Origin: Dudresnaya verticillata | Taxonomy: Eukaryota | NCBI GenBank assembly: GCA_977862235.1 | Contig: OZ374559.1 | Span: 2,356,001 to 2,420,000, forward strand | Direction: 5' to 3' | Length of the DNA: 64,000 bases | Shown: positions 10,838 through 23,393 of the stretch, one piece after another | Position numbering within the stretch: the first letter of the stretch is position 1 | Layout: every line of letters begins with the position of its first letter | Translations under genes and position numbers: made by a program | The notes under the pieces: model-generated | What the model saw: only the letters and a program-made list of their open reading frames with translations | The model's database searches: none | What the model was told of the DNA's origin: nothing

Positions 10838-11601
10838 TGTGGTGCAACGGCAAGGGGGCCGCCGAAAGGAAGCAAATCGACGGGCCAACTGTACGATCGG
10901 CCCAACCAAACGAAGACAGCTGGCCAATGAAGTCGCGCCGTCGGCGCGCGGACGGCGGTGAGCGCGCGCAGGTATGATACGTGGCCACCAGCTGTACACG
11001 TGGCTCACACGTGGCCACCTACGACACTGAAGCGCACCACGTGTCCTGCTGTACACGTATGATCCGGTTCTCGGTCAGACGCAAATGGAAATTGGATTTG
11101 GCCGCAAGGTGAATCAAAGGGAAGACAGTGGAAAAATCAAGGGAAAATCTAACTCATTTGGCCAACCACTAACGAACAAGTACTTGGTTTAGTCTGGTAA
11201 GGGTACAACATTGGCCCGACGCCGGAACACAAGTAGATATTTATGGCCGACCTGAGTAACCTAGGCCACTAACTGTAGAATAGCTCTAGATTAGCTCAGA
11301 TGGCCGATTTTGAGCCTACTTAGCTGGCCACACACTACGGCTAAGCCGAAAAAGGTACGAAGCCGTCCCGCCAGAGGTTGGGAGTACAGTTTTGCAACCT
11401 TTTCCCAACTTGGCCATTCTCCGTCCTCATCACGGATTCTGGCCACGACTTCGTCTGCGCGCTCCCGCTCTACCACGCTTGCTACCGGCGCGCAGGTCCG
11501 TTCTACGTTCTGGCCAGTTTTGGTTGAATCCGACAGGTCTTTGTGGTCTTCTTGGGGTCTCGTTGGGCTGCCGTACGCGGCGGTGCCTCAGAGATACTAC
11601 A
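10838..11601 (+). repeat. G1 5' LTR
   Basis: Direct repeat of 23394-24157; 2 mismatches seen. Confidence 0.97.
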
Positions 11602-11602
11602 C

Positions 11603-11615
11603 TGGTCTCCCGACC
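11603..11615 (+). promoter_or_regulatory. Primer-binding site TGGTCTCCCGACC (tRNA-Tyr-like, inferred)
   Basis: TGG 1 nt after the LTR; identical in G3. The complement ..GGGAGACCA resembles the yeast tRNA-Tyr 3' end. Confidence 0.8.
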
Positions 11616-12078
11616 TAGAAGATCAGTTGTGATTCCGGCCGTATTGCTCCGTTAGAAGACTCGAGTAGCTGGCCGTAGTCGACGACGGCCAGTTTCTTCC
11701 TCGCTACTGTGGTGGCCAAACCCCGCAAGTTGCAGATTGCGGGTTAGTAACTACCCGGTTCCGCAATCTGATTGTCAGTTTACTTCAACCCGTTTCTCTG
11801 GCCACAGTCTAGGTCACAGGCCAGATACCCGTCGCTTGGTTCGTTCCCAGGTTGGCTACTTTGCACACTCGCTGGTTCGTTCCCAGCACAGGGAGCTTTG
11901 CACACGGCAGTGTCCGGCCCTTGGTATAGGGACTATTAGCTCGGAATCGTCCGTTCCCACCCCTGTGTTTTGCACACGACAGTGTGGTTCCCAGGAAGGC
12001 CACTTTGCACACGTCGGCCACGGGGTGGCCACGAATCGCTAGAAGTATCTGGCCAATCAGTCTCCGACGTACTTCGTC

Positions 12079-14418
12079 ATGTCTTCTTCTTCTTCACAGG
12101 CAGGCGGACAACCGCAGTCCTTACAAGACTCGGCTCCGCCTCCCTCCACGTTGGGCGCTCCCATAGGCCCACCCCCTGCTCCTGGCCTGTATCCACCGTT
12201 ATCGGGGCCAACACCAGCTCCTCCGGTCCCGTTATCGACTGGCCAGTTCATTCCTCCGACAGTTGGACGAGCAGGCTCGGCTTCCACAGCAGGCGCCGTC
12301 CGTAATGAGGCACTGCCGCGGACAGCCCCACCGGTCTCGCCATGGCGCACGCCACCGGCGGCCACAGCGCCACCGATGACTCCGCTGGCCGCTCCTGCCA
12401 ATCTTCGGCCGCCTCCGGTTGACGATGATTCCCAGCCAGAACATGATGTCTGGTTGGGCCGGCAAGAGTTCTACCAGTATAAGCGTCGTACGGCCGATTG
12501 GCAACAAGAGGTGAAGAACCAGTTTGGCGAGATGCAAGTCAAAATGTCCACCACGGCTCTGATTAGGGACCAGCAGCTTCGCCAGGAGATACACTCCGTC
12601 ATCCTATACGGTGCACTTACGGCCATAGCAGAACGTTATGATGAGCGTCTGGAAAAGGTGGAGAAGGCCGTTTTCTCTTCCGACGGGAAGGGGAAACTCC
12701 CCGCTCCTCCTGGCCAGACAAGGTCCGAGTCCGCTCGGATAACACCGGCCAACCTACCAGTCTTGGCACCGCAGGTGGGTGAACCGGTAGCAGCAGTGCA
12801 GAAGCAACTGGATAAGTTGCAAGATGAGATAACGGCCTTGTCGCATCCTGACAAGGCTCGGCCCAATATTCCTGAAGAAGGGGTACCACCGCAAGAGGGC
12901 AACACTCAGAACAGTGGTGCCGCCCCACGGCCTGCTTTAGTTGGACCTTCGGGGCCAGTTGATGCAGGGGAACCTTCCATGGGATACACTGGCCAGTTGG
13001 ATGAAACAGGTCTTCCTGTCGCGATGATGGGGCCAATGGAACCAGGTCTAGAGCCTCTCAAGACCCTCCAAGAACCCTTCCGGCGGGTGGTCGACTACCG
13101 AACCCACCGCCTGTTCGATACTCGGCCAAAGATGACTATGGAGGATGCGCGGCGCTTGTCCCGGATGACTCGCCAAATCCGGAACTTGTTCCCGCAGATG
13201 AACCCATTTGATGGCCGACGTCCGATCGAGCTCCTGTCCTTCCTCAAGGAGTTCAAGGATGCGTGTGATGGGACAAACGTCCATGAAGGGGCCGCTTTGC
13301 GTCTTCTGGACTTCTTTACGGCCGGTAATGCGAAGAGGTTCTATTCTGGCCGGATGTCCCGTGGTATAAGGTCAGTACACTCCATCTTTCCGATGAGTGG
13401 ATTTTCACAAATCAGCTGGCCACACTTAGTCCACGCTCTCATCAAGCGCTACTGTACCGAAGATGTTCTGGCCGCTGCGTTCGACAAAGTGGCCAGGAGC
13501 AAACACAAAGATACAGAGAACGAAGCGGAATTCGCTGACCGGTTGGGGGATGCGGCGCTGTCGTGCGCCCATGTCTTCTCGGAGAACACCCTGATCAACC
13601 ATTATGTGAGCGGTTTACCTTCGACCACTCGTTCGGCCGTAGCTGAGAAGCTTATGCAGATGCGGCAGGAGGAGAAGGACTTCTCGACGGTGCGCCGAAT
13701 CGCCATCGCCGAGGGGGAGACACACAGAGCCTACTTGGCTTCTGCACGTCCCAAAACAAGGTCGGCCAGTTCTCGAAGTGCGTTGGTCATCCCTACCCTT
13801 GCGGCCGAACCTGCTTGGCAGGCGGAGCCCGAGGATATAGCGGCCAACTATGATGATCCGTTTGACACCATACCGGTTATGGCCATTACTTCTGGCCAGA
13901 ATGGTGCTCAGCAAACACCGACAATGACGCCGACCACGCCGTCACCGGCAGGGTCGGTGTCCGGGGGTAATACCCCGGACCCACTCCGGAAACCTCTGAC
14001 GTTAACGTCGGATGAGCTGGCCAAAGTCGCTATTATGCTACGCAGTGACAAAACCAGTGCCCGTTGTTGGGGTTGTCGCGAATGGGGCCATGATTTGTAC
14101 ACTTGTGTGTACCTACCATTGGCCATCAGGAACTTGTTTGCCATACGTAACTTCCGCTTCCGAGATGAATTCGCTAGATGGCACCCCGAACAGTTTGCTG
14201 GCCGAGGTGGTCGAGGTTATCGCCCCGACCAAAGGAATGCCTCCTTTGGGGATGGAAAGGGACGCCCTCCCCCTCAGGGAATACTCCGACGGCCACAACA
14301 ATCATCTTCGAACCGTAGGAATCGGCAGGCCACGTTAGTCACTACGCAAGAACATCCATTGGATGAGGTGGTGGCCGACGTGGAGTCCGATAATTCTTCG
14401 TTGGCATCGGGAAACTAG
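12079..14418 (+). CDS. gag: G1 Gag (779 aa)
   Basis: Follows the PBS; FDGRRPIELLSFL capsid-like region; zinc knuckle CWGCREWGHDLYTC. Confidence 0.88.
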   Translation: MSSSSSQAGGQPQSLQDSAPPPSTLGAPIGPPPAPGLYPPLSGPTPAPPVPLSTGQFIPPTVGRAGSASTAGAVRNEALPRTAPPVSPWRTPPAATAPPMTPLAAPANLRPPPVDDDSQPEHDVWLGRQEFYQYKRRTADWQQEVKNQFGEMQVKMSTTALIRDQQLRQEIHSVILYGALTAIAERYDERLEKVEKAVFSSDGKGKLPAPPGQTRSESARITPANLPVLAPQVGEPVAAVQKQLDKLQDEITALSHPDKARPNIPEEGVPPQEGNTQNSGAAPRPALVGPSGPVDAGEPSMGYTGQLDETGLPVAMMGPMEPGLEPLKTLQEPFRRVVDYRTHRLFDTRPKMTMEDARRLSRMTRQIRNLFPQMNPFDGRRPIELLSFLKEFKDACDGTNVHEGAALRLLDFFTAGNAKRFYSGRMSRGIRSVHSIFPMSGFSQISWPHLVHALIKRYCTEDVLAAAFDKVARSKHKDTENEAEFADRLGDAALSCAHVFSENTLINHYVSGLPSTTRSAVAEKLMQMRQEEKDFSTVRRIAIAEGETHRAYLASARPKTRSASSRSALVIPTLAAEPAWQAEPEDIAANYDDPFDTIPVMAITSGQNGAQQTPTMTPTTPSPAGSVSGGNTPDPLRKPLTLTSDELAKVAIMLRSDKTSARCWGCREWGHDLYTCVYLPLAIRNLFAIRNFRFRDEFARWHPEQFAGRGGRGYRPDQRNASFGDGKGRPPPQGILRRPQQSSSNRRNRQATLVTTQEHPLDEVVADVESDNSSLASGN
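14409..14415 (+). promoter_or_regulatory. -1 ribosomal frameshift slippery site G GGA AAC
   Basis: Directly before the gag TAG; the protease ORF is open in the -1 frame. The same heptamer occurs at 40496-40502 in G3. Confidence 0.75.
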
Positions 14419-17400
14419 CCGGGCCGAGATCTTCGATCGTGATCCCGTTGCCCGTACACGTCCCAAAACCGGCTAGTCTCGTTTCCATTAAGTTCTTCCC
14501 TTTTAGTCACCTCCATTTTTCTTCTTTGTTAGCCATTGCATGGCGTTTGGCAACGCCAATCCAGGTTTGGTCAACCGATGATTTGACCTACCACTGCCCA
14601 TTTTCATCTAACGGTCTGGTGTGGTCACCGCCCTTGAGGTCTGGCCATACTACATCATCACCCACCCCCATAGACAATGGGGGTTCCTTGCCAAAGAGTG
14701 GCCGCAAATCATCGAACGACGAACAGAAAGAAGAATCCCAACTGGCCAGTGTTTCATCACAAGGTATGGTCTGCATCCTGGGTGGGGCCAACTATACCCT
14801 TTCGGGTTCATTTGGCCTCACAATGACTGCCTTGTTACCCGGGCCAATTGTCTTAGACACGTGCTCGGGTTGGAACATCATCCGGTTGGATGCGTTGCCT
14901 CCCAATTGGAAGGACAACGCACTTGAGTTGACGTCCCCGCCTCTTCTGGGGGACGCCAACCAACGGCCAATTCAGTTTCTTGGGGCCGTTTCCTTGGTCG
15001 TGCGCTTGGGCCGTCATTCATATCGAGTGCCGTTCCTTATCGCCGACCTTCGCTTTGCAGTACCCGTTTTGTTGGGTACGGCATTCTTGAACACGCACGT
15101 GGATAGCATCCAGTGCCGTGGTCAAACCGTGCACTTAGTGCGCCGAGATATCCTTCCGCTGCTTCCTGATAGCACTTCGATGGCTCTGGGGGCAGAGCCA
15201 ACCGCTGCGAAGGGGGCCCCGCCTCCGGGTAATTCCAATCCGGCCAGTACGGAGCGCAAGACACAGCGACACTACGCGGCCACTGTACGCTTGACGAAAG
15301 GTCTAACCATACGGGCAGGCCAACAGGCCACCGTGTCTGTTCGCAGTGATGGCCGAGGATTATGTGTGTTGGAGCCCAAACATTCTTTGAGCTTCCGGCA
15401 CCATACGCGGATGGCCAATGGAGTTGCCGAGGTTCGGCCGCAGAAACCATTCCAGGTAATGCTGGCCAACTGGGGAAGAAAGGATGTCTTACTGCCAAAG
15501 GGTACCGTGGTCGGCTATGCTGTCCGCCACCCCATGGCAATCTTGACGCCACACCGACGGAGTGTGGAGAATATGGCCAGTGTACTTGGGCTGACTCCAC
15601 TTGTGGATCAGGATAGTAGTCAAGTAGAAGTAGAAGAATCTGGCCAAGAGAGAGTTGAGCCTTCGAAACCAAAGGTACCTAGACAAGAGGCACAAGAATG
15701 GCAGGATAAGATCAAGCTTGATCATATCCCGGACAAGAAACAACGCGAAAGGATAATGGCCATTCTAGAGAAACAGTGCAATGTGGGACGGTTCCCTGGG
15801 ACAGATCATGACCACCGAGCATCGGATAGACTTGGAAGATGGAACCCGGCCAATAAGAGCGATGCCCTACCGACAAGGGCCAGCGTTACGCGCGATCGCA
15901 GAGGCCGATATTAAGAAGCAGTTGGAGGCCGGAGTGATAGAGCCATCGCACGGAGAATGGGCCTCGCCAATTTTGATGGTGCCGAAGAAGGATGGCACCC
16001 TCCGCTTCTGTGTCGACTATCGCCGGCTCAATGCGAAGACAGTTTGTGACGCATACCCGCTCCCGCGCATGGACGATTGTATAGACTCCCTTGGGGATGC
16101 GGCCGTGTTTTCAACCTTGGACTGCAACTCCGGATATTGGCAAATACCAGTGGCCGAAGAGGACAAGGATAAGACGGCCTTCACCTCACACCTGGGGACA
16201 TTCAGGTACAATCGAATGCCGTTTGGCTTGAAGAACGCACCGGCCACATTTCAGCGTGCGCTTGACATAGTTCTCTCTGGCGTCCGATGGCAGATCTGCC
16301 TCATCTACCTGGACGATGTCATTGTGTTCTCCAAGAATGTGGAGGATCATCTTGGCCATCTAGACGAGGTACTAACCTTGTTGAAGGCGACCGGCATTGC
16401 GTTGAAGTTGAAGAAGTGTTCCTTCTTTCAGGCCAAAGTAGATTATTTGGGCCATGTAGTGACCCCCGGAAAACTAAGTATGGCCATGCAGGGTACCAAG
16501 GCAATACAAGAGGCCGAGTTTCCAGGGTCCCTTACGGAACTCCGGTCTTTCTTGGGAGCTTGCAATGTCTACCGAAGGTTTGTGGCCAAATAATCCATGA
16601 TCGCGAGGCCACTTACGCGCATGTTGTGCAAGGATGCCGAGCCAGACTTCGAACGGCCAACAGAGGAACAACGTCATAGCTTCGAGAAGCTGAAGGCTGC
16701 TCTCGTCTCGCCGCCGATTCTGGCCTTACCTAGATACGGCCGGCCATATGTGATCGAGACTGATGCCAGCGCATACCAGATTGGATGCGTCCTGCTCCAA
16801 GAACAAGAGGATGAGTCGTACCATCCCGTAGGATATTGGTCTCGTTCCCTGACGTCGGCCGAGAAAAACTATTCGGCCACTGAGCGCGAGTGTTTGTCTG
16901 TGGTGTGGGCCATTACATCATTACGGCCATATGTTGAAGGTACCAAGTTCACAGTCCGTACGGACCATGATGCCCTCCGCCGGTTGATGTCGCTCACTGA
17001 TTCATCTGGCCGTCTTACAAGATGGAGATTACGTCTGGCCGAGTTCGACTTTGTGATTGAGTATAAACCGGGGCGTAAGAACCAAGTTCCCGATGCCTTG
17101 TCCCGCTTGGTGGCCCCGCAAGAGCGCGGAGATGCACGGCCAATAGATGATACTGTACCTGTATTGGACGGTACCCCCTCTATTCTCACGACCACGCGGT
17201 CCCGGAGACATCGAGAAATTAATAAGGCCGACAGGAGAGAACGGGACAATGATGTCGACGCATGGAAGGAGGAACATTTGATGGCCGATTATACAGACTA
17301 TGGCCGAGCGGAAGTCTTCAGTCGTGCACAAATGGAAGGGAAGACAGCAGAGACTCTTCCAACACCAGTAACACAGACTGAAATAATAGAGGTCCAGAAA

Positions 17401-18846
17401 AGCGACGACTTCTGCCAGACCATTCTCGCCACGAGAGCTGGACTGGCACGATCCAAGAAGCCCCTCTTCTTCGAAGGGATTGAGGGAGTCCTCTATAGAC
17501 GATGTCCGACAGACGGCCGAAAACAAATAGTGCTTCCAGCTTCGTTGCATGGCCGGATTCTTCGGTTGTGCCATCATGCCGTTCTGGCAGGTCACCCTGG
17601 CCAGAATAGAATGTATCGGACCCTTCGACGGAGATACTATTGGCCGCACATGGCCGCTGATTGCTTAGCAACAGTTCGGAACTGTGGCCATTGCGAGAAG
17701 AACCGGATTCATCGCCTACGACATACATCGAAGTTACAGCTGTTCCCGGCCAGTCAACCATTAGAGAGTGTGGCCATGGATCTTCTCGGGCCACTCCCCA
17801 GGACGAAGAAGGGGTTCGAACACATATTAGTCATCACGTGCTGCTTCTCGAAGTTGACTCAGGTGGTGCCTCTGACGAAGATAACCGCCAATAATGTGGC
17901 CACGGCGTTCTGCGTTCACTGGATTTTCAAGTATGGCGCACCAAAGACAGTTCTCACTGATAACGGTGGGCAGTTTGCGGCCAAGTTTTTCCAGGCCGTC
18001 TGCCGACAATTACAGGTGGCCAACATCTTCACAACCACATACCACCCACAAACAAACGGCCAGGTGGAAAGGTACAATCGAACACTGGTCGCAATGCTGA
18101 GAAGCTACGTGAATGAACATCAGACCGACTGGGATGAATACGCTGCGGCATTGACGTATGCTTATAATTGCCATATACATCGCTCGACTGGAACCACGCC
18201 GTTTGACTTGGTTCTCAGTCGGCCGCCGAGCCCATTCTCACTTGAGGCTACGTTAAACCGGCCAAAGCCAACAGGGACTGTGAAGGAAGCGTTTTTGCGC
18301 CGATTGTCAGAGGCCGTGGATAAAGCTTCGGCCAGTTTAACTCGCACACAAGCGCGCTACAAGAAGGACTTTGACCGCTCGGTGAGAACGGGGAATAAGA
18401 TGCTGGCCGCTGGAGGGTTTGTCTTCTTAGACAATCCAGAAAAGCAGCCAAAGAAACTAGAGCATCATGCCCAGGGGCCATACAAAATTATAAGCAATGA
18501 CGGCCGTACGTTCGTCATCGACAGAGCTGGCCAACTAGAGCGTGTTAGCTCGGACCGAGTAGTAGCCGCACCCAGGCCACAGGGGCAACCGATGGCTAAG
18601 GAGACAATGGCCAGCGCCGCATTGGGAACCCTTCCGGAAGGAGTCGCTGCGTCGGCCGAGGAGTATGTCATTGACAAGCTCACGGACATGCGTGAGGATT
18701 CAACTGGCCAGCGGTGGTTTCAGGTCAAGTGGTATGGGTATAATGGCCGAACGTGGGAACCCGAGGCTCTTTTGCCGGCCACGTTGGTGTCTCGCTTCTT
18801 CGCGCGCATGAAGCGCCGAGCTACGCCGGGCCAAAATAGTTCGTAA
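14415..18846 (+). pseudogene. pol: G1 Pol (PR-RT-RH-IN-chromodomain), with a frameshift ~15775 and TAA at 16591
   Basis: LDTCSG protease, YLDD, ETDASAY, HHCC zinc finger, TDNG..NGQVER integrase, VKWYGY..TWEP chromodomain. Confidence 0.95.
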
Positions 18847-19767
18847 GTTCAACATCGAAATGGCCAGGGAAGTCAAGCGAGAAGAGTCAGAGTCTGGCCA
18901 AAAACTTGTGAAGACGGAGATGCGTGGTGATTGTAGATGGGGGGGAGAGAAGGAGATGCTGGGTGACAAAATACCCCGGCTGGAACCCCACCACCAAAAA
19001 CACGACGGCGGTGTTTAGGGTTAACCCAGAATAATGTAAGCTGGCCAATCATGTGTGAGAAAGTTGTGGCCAGCAAATCTCCCGGTGCACGCCAAAATTC
19101 AGTGGGTGTAAATGGACGGTAGAAACTACCTCATCTTTTGCTACCTTTTTCGGGCAACTCTAATTCCCACATATCGTGCTCCCAAGCGGGGGGCTTGCGC
19201 AGAGTGAGGGGACAGGGGAAGCGACGATAACCCCTACCGACAACAAGAAGAAAATTGGCCCAGAGAAGAAGACATGGCCAGATGAGAAGCTTGAGGCTGA
19301 TGAGACGAAGACAATAGCTGGCCATTGCTCTTCCTACTGCGCCTTGAAGAAGGTAGCCTCACACCAAGACCATTCCACCACCACTCGCACTGGCCATTTT
19401 TGTGCTTTGACTTAACCACTAACTCCCTTGACCCCGTTTTTCCAGCTGTGCTCATGAGCATTGGCCAGGAGCAAGACTTACGACCCGAACTAACAAAGGT
19501 CCTACAGCCCCATTGACTAACAACTGGTCATGATAACACACAAAGTTTTTGAAGGTAACCAGTGCACTTTAACTCAAGACTGGCCGGACAGACTCATTAA
19601 CTCCCAAGAACAAGGGGAGCTGTCCAACCTTAAGACGCACTAACTTGGCCACCAACTTTTGATAACGCAAACACAAGACATAGGAAATCACAAGACTAAC
19701 AACAACTCATTGGCCAGCATAAGAGCACAAGACGAGCTGGCCAACTACTAACCCAAGACCTTGACAA

Positions 19768-22700
19768 CTAACGGCCATAGGGACTTGGCGAGCGAGGAGA
19801 ACCCGAAGCATAGGGCTCCCTGCTCCTCGACTGCGAAGGCGCACGAGGCGCTGTCGCGGGAACACGAGGGGCCGCCGCAGGAACGGTTGGCGGCGTCACA
19901 AAAGGCGAAGTGGCCGGCAGAGATAAGCTTCCAGGAACCTGGCCAGGCTGAGCAAAATTGGCCACAGGAGTCGGCGGAGCCGACACAGTCGGACGAGTTG
20001 GCTCTGGTTGATAATCGGCCGGTCGAGACGGCGCACGTGGATGACTGCTGATATCTCCAGCGTGAGATGGCGTGGGGGTTGTGGCCAGTGCCACTGAGAC
20101 CCCAGGATATGGCGGCATGCCCGGCGCAGGCGTAGGCAAGGAAGACAGAGGAAACTGAGGCATCTGGCCAAAGACGGAGGGCGCATAAGCTGCGCGCAAA
20201 CTGGCCAGCTGATGAAATCCACGATTGCGCTCCATGTCAAGTAAGGCCTGTTGATTGTGCGTCTCATCGCACCAGCGATCGCGCTGTCTCTTCCACTCAA
20301 GACCCTGCTCGTTAGATCTGGCCAACGTCTCCTTTGTGGCCTGCAACTCGGCCTCGACTTGGTCTTTCTACCTTCTAACATTGGCCAGCCGCTCTTGGCC
20401 CCGCCTGATCACTTCTTCCATTTCATCAACATGACGACGAACGCGGTTGAGCTCTTCGGACTGGCCACGCTTCATATCGCTGAGACGGCCAAGGCTCTGA
20501 TCCAGCTGCCGCAAGACGTTGGCCAAAGACATTTGGTTAACATGGCCACGTACAGAGAGTTCGGCCACCACATGCGGATGAGGATGTAAGATAGCGGGCC
20601 GCACGATGGAAGCGTCGTTGGCCACATCAACTCCAAAGCTGCTACCATGGCGAAAAGTCACTTGCTTGTTCCAGTCGAAACCGCAATACTTCTCATCATG
20701 GCCCGCTCGACGTTGGAACAAATGGTCGCGTTGTAGCACTGTATCGGCCAGCTTCTCGTACAACGATACAACATCTGGCCAATATACGTGGTTGAACTGA
20801 TGCTGGTGCTCCGGGCTGACGGGAAGATAAGTAAGGCCTTTCACCACTTCAATCCGCCGAGCAATGGCCTGCGGAGTCATCCACCACATTCTCTTCGACG
20901 CTTGCGCTTCGTAGCGGAAGAAGATGCTGGCCATTATGTGCAACTCTATGACAGCGGTCTCTTGGAAGCACTCAACCCAAGAGGGGTCGAGCGCATGACG
21001 ACGATACTGGCCAACAAAATAATAAGCCAGTGGGCTGAGCAGACAAGCTTCACCCTTCGATGGCCACTCCTTCCAAAGAAAAGCGGGGACGCTAGGGAAG
21101 TATTCAACTGATGGCCAAAACCCTTCCTGGCCACGAGTGTTGCCATGGTAGACATAGCTACCACCCGTGCGATGGGCCAGTCAATCTCCCGGTGCTATGA
21201 TGCGACGAAGGTCGGTACTGGCCATTTTCGCGTTTCGCACGGTTGTCTGCTCCCAGCGCTCAAGCATCCACGCGTGAGGGAAGGCGTAATACCAGGTGGA
21301 AGTGTGAGGATACACGCTAGACTTGCCCTTGAACATCAGCCAAGCCCCGTGGACGAACATCACGTCCTGCGCGCACAACAAAAAGGCACGATCGCACTCA
21401 ATCTCCAGAGGGATCCAATAGAGATGGCCATTATCGTGCGACTCGCGATACTGATGCCACACCTCGTTGAGAGGGCAATGGCTTTCCCGCACGCGAATCA
21501 TGTCCAGCTTGTCACTATTGGCCACCAACTCGGTATAAGGAATATCTACCCGAGGAAGCTTTGGCCAGATGGAAGTCCCAGGAAGTCGTTCGTCCAAAAC
21601 TAACTCAGGGCCATCATGATCTTCTAGCCCCGGTGGGACGTCAGCACGGAAAGGTACAGCAGCACGAGTGTGCGAAGCTGGTTCACAGTCCCGATGCATC
21701 GGAGCAGAAGGGCCAGCACTTGAACTTGGAATACCCTGGCCAGTCTTCGTGATATCTAAGGTTTCTTCGCGCGGAGTAACTTCCTTAGCGCGGGGATCTT
21801 CAACCTGGCCAGATGACTTGGGCTGCACGCCTACAGAAGGCGTAGAAGAAGTCTGGCCAGTTTTAAGCTCATCGGCGTCGGGGAGCAAGGCCACAAAGCG
21901 ACGACGATCGCCGTCTGACATAAGATTGGCCGGCGGGATTGGTGTAGAAGCATCGACGTCAATAACTTCCTCACGAGATGACTGGCCAGCTTCCTTAGGC
22001 GGCAGCCGCTGCTTCTTCGAGGGAGGTCCCTGAATAACGGGCTTACCGATGTTTAACTTGGCCAGTTCACGCGAACGACTCGCAGCCGTCGGCATGAAAG
22101 GCGAAGGCGCCGAGCGTAGTCGCGGCGTGGATTTCCTCGAAGCGCTTGGAGTGGCCGAACGCGACGATTTGCGTGGCACAGGAATGTTGGCCAAAGCTTC
22201 TGCAGCCTTCTGCCCCAACTTGTCTCCTTTCTTCTGTTCTGGCCCAACCTTCTCAACACTTCCAGGTAACTCCTGCTTGCTGGCCAATACTTCTTCTCGA
22301 GCGGGCACAAATACCATGGCCGAGTCGACGACCTCGGGTTGAACCGCAGCTACTTCTTCAGCTGCTGCTGTAGTAGCTTTAGTAACCAAAGGACGATAGA
22401 TGGCAATAACAGCCTTCTCAATGGCACTGGCCAATGGAGGTGGAGTAGGATTAATGGCCGTTGGCACCGAAGTGCTTGCGGCCGGCACTGACTTCTTCGC
22501 TTCGAGACGCTTCACCTCGGCCTGTACCAACCCTTTCTCAGGCGCTTCTGCTGTCTTCTGGCCAGTTTTCTTCGTCTCCTGGGCTAGCGGGCCGACGGTA
22601 GAAGATGCTGTCGGCTTACCCTTTTTGAGTTGACCTGTTGCCACCGCTGCCTCTTCTGATGAAGATGATGCAACGATGGTCACACTGCACACCACCTTGG

Positions 22701-23160
22701 CCTTCTGCGCATCCGCAAGTTTCTTCTTCAAACTGGCCAGTTGTTGTTCCTCAGCTTCGCGTCTCTTCTGACTGGCCTCTATCTCCTTCATCAACTTGTC
22801 GGTGCCAACGTCGGGCGTACCTTGCACCATGGCCGGAGTTGCGGAAGCAGCAACACTCTTCTTCTGGCCAGTTGTGATGGGCTTCTCCACCGCGGCCACC
22901 TTCGCGGCAACCAACGGATCATTAGTTGCACGGCTTGGAGTCTTGGGCGCCGGGGCGGAAGATGCCCTGGGCGCCTTCATCGCACGCGGCCTCGAACTCT
23001 GGCCGGTCTTCTTGGTGGTCGCCTTCGCTTTGGCCGTCACAACTTCTTCATCGCTTGACGGCGGCGTAGAAGATGAGCTTGAAGAAATGGTCGGCCGTAC
23101 AGTCTTCTTCTTGACCGATGCAGTGCGGCGCGGACGCGCTTTCGTAGGGCCACCCGCCAT
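19768..23160 (-). pseudogene. G1 antisense accessory ORF, ~1130 codons, with two in-frame stops (21181, 20368)
   Basis: ORFs 21181-23160, 20368-20943 and 19768-20346 are one frame when TGA and TAG are read through (checked by hand). Layout: K/S/A/P-rich N-terminus, W/Y-rich domain, coiled coil, P-rich tail. Confidence 0.8.
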
Positions 23161-23393
23161 CAAGAGCGAACTGGCCAGACACGCAAGTCGGGAGTAAGGG
23201 AAGGCGCGCGCAAGTTGGCAAGAAGCGCGGGCGTGTGCACGATATGTTGGGAAGTGTTGGTAAGGGGAAGCGCGATGCGGGTTGAAATGGGGATGGCCGG
23301 ATGCAGGGAGAGGGGTGTCGGCGCGGATCACGCGCGCTGATATGGCCAGATGAAACCCTCGCGGCCAGGAGTCCGCGCTTGCGAAGGGGGCTC

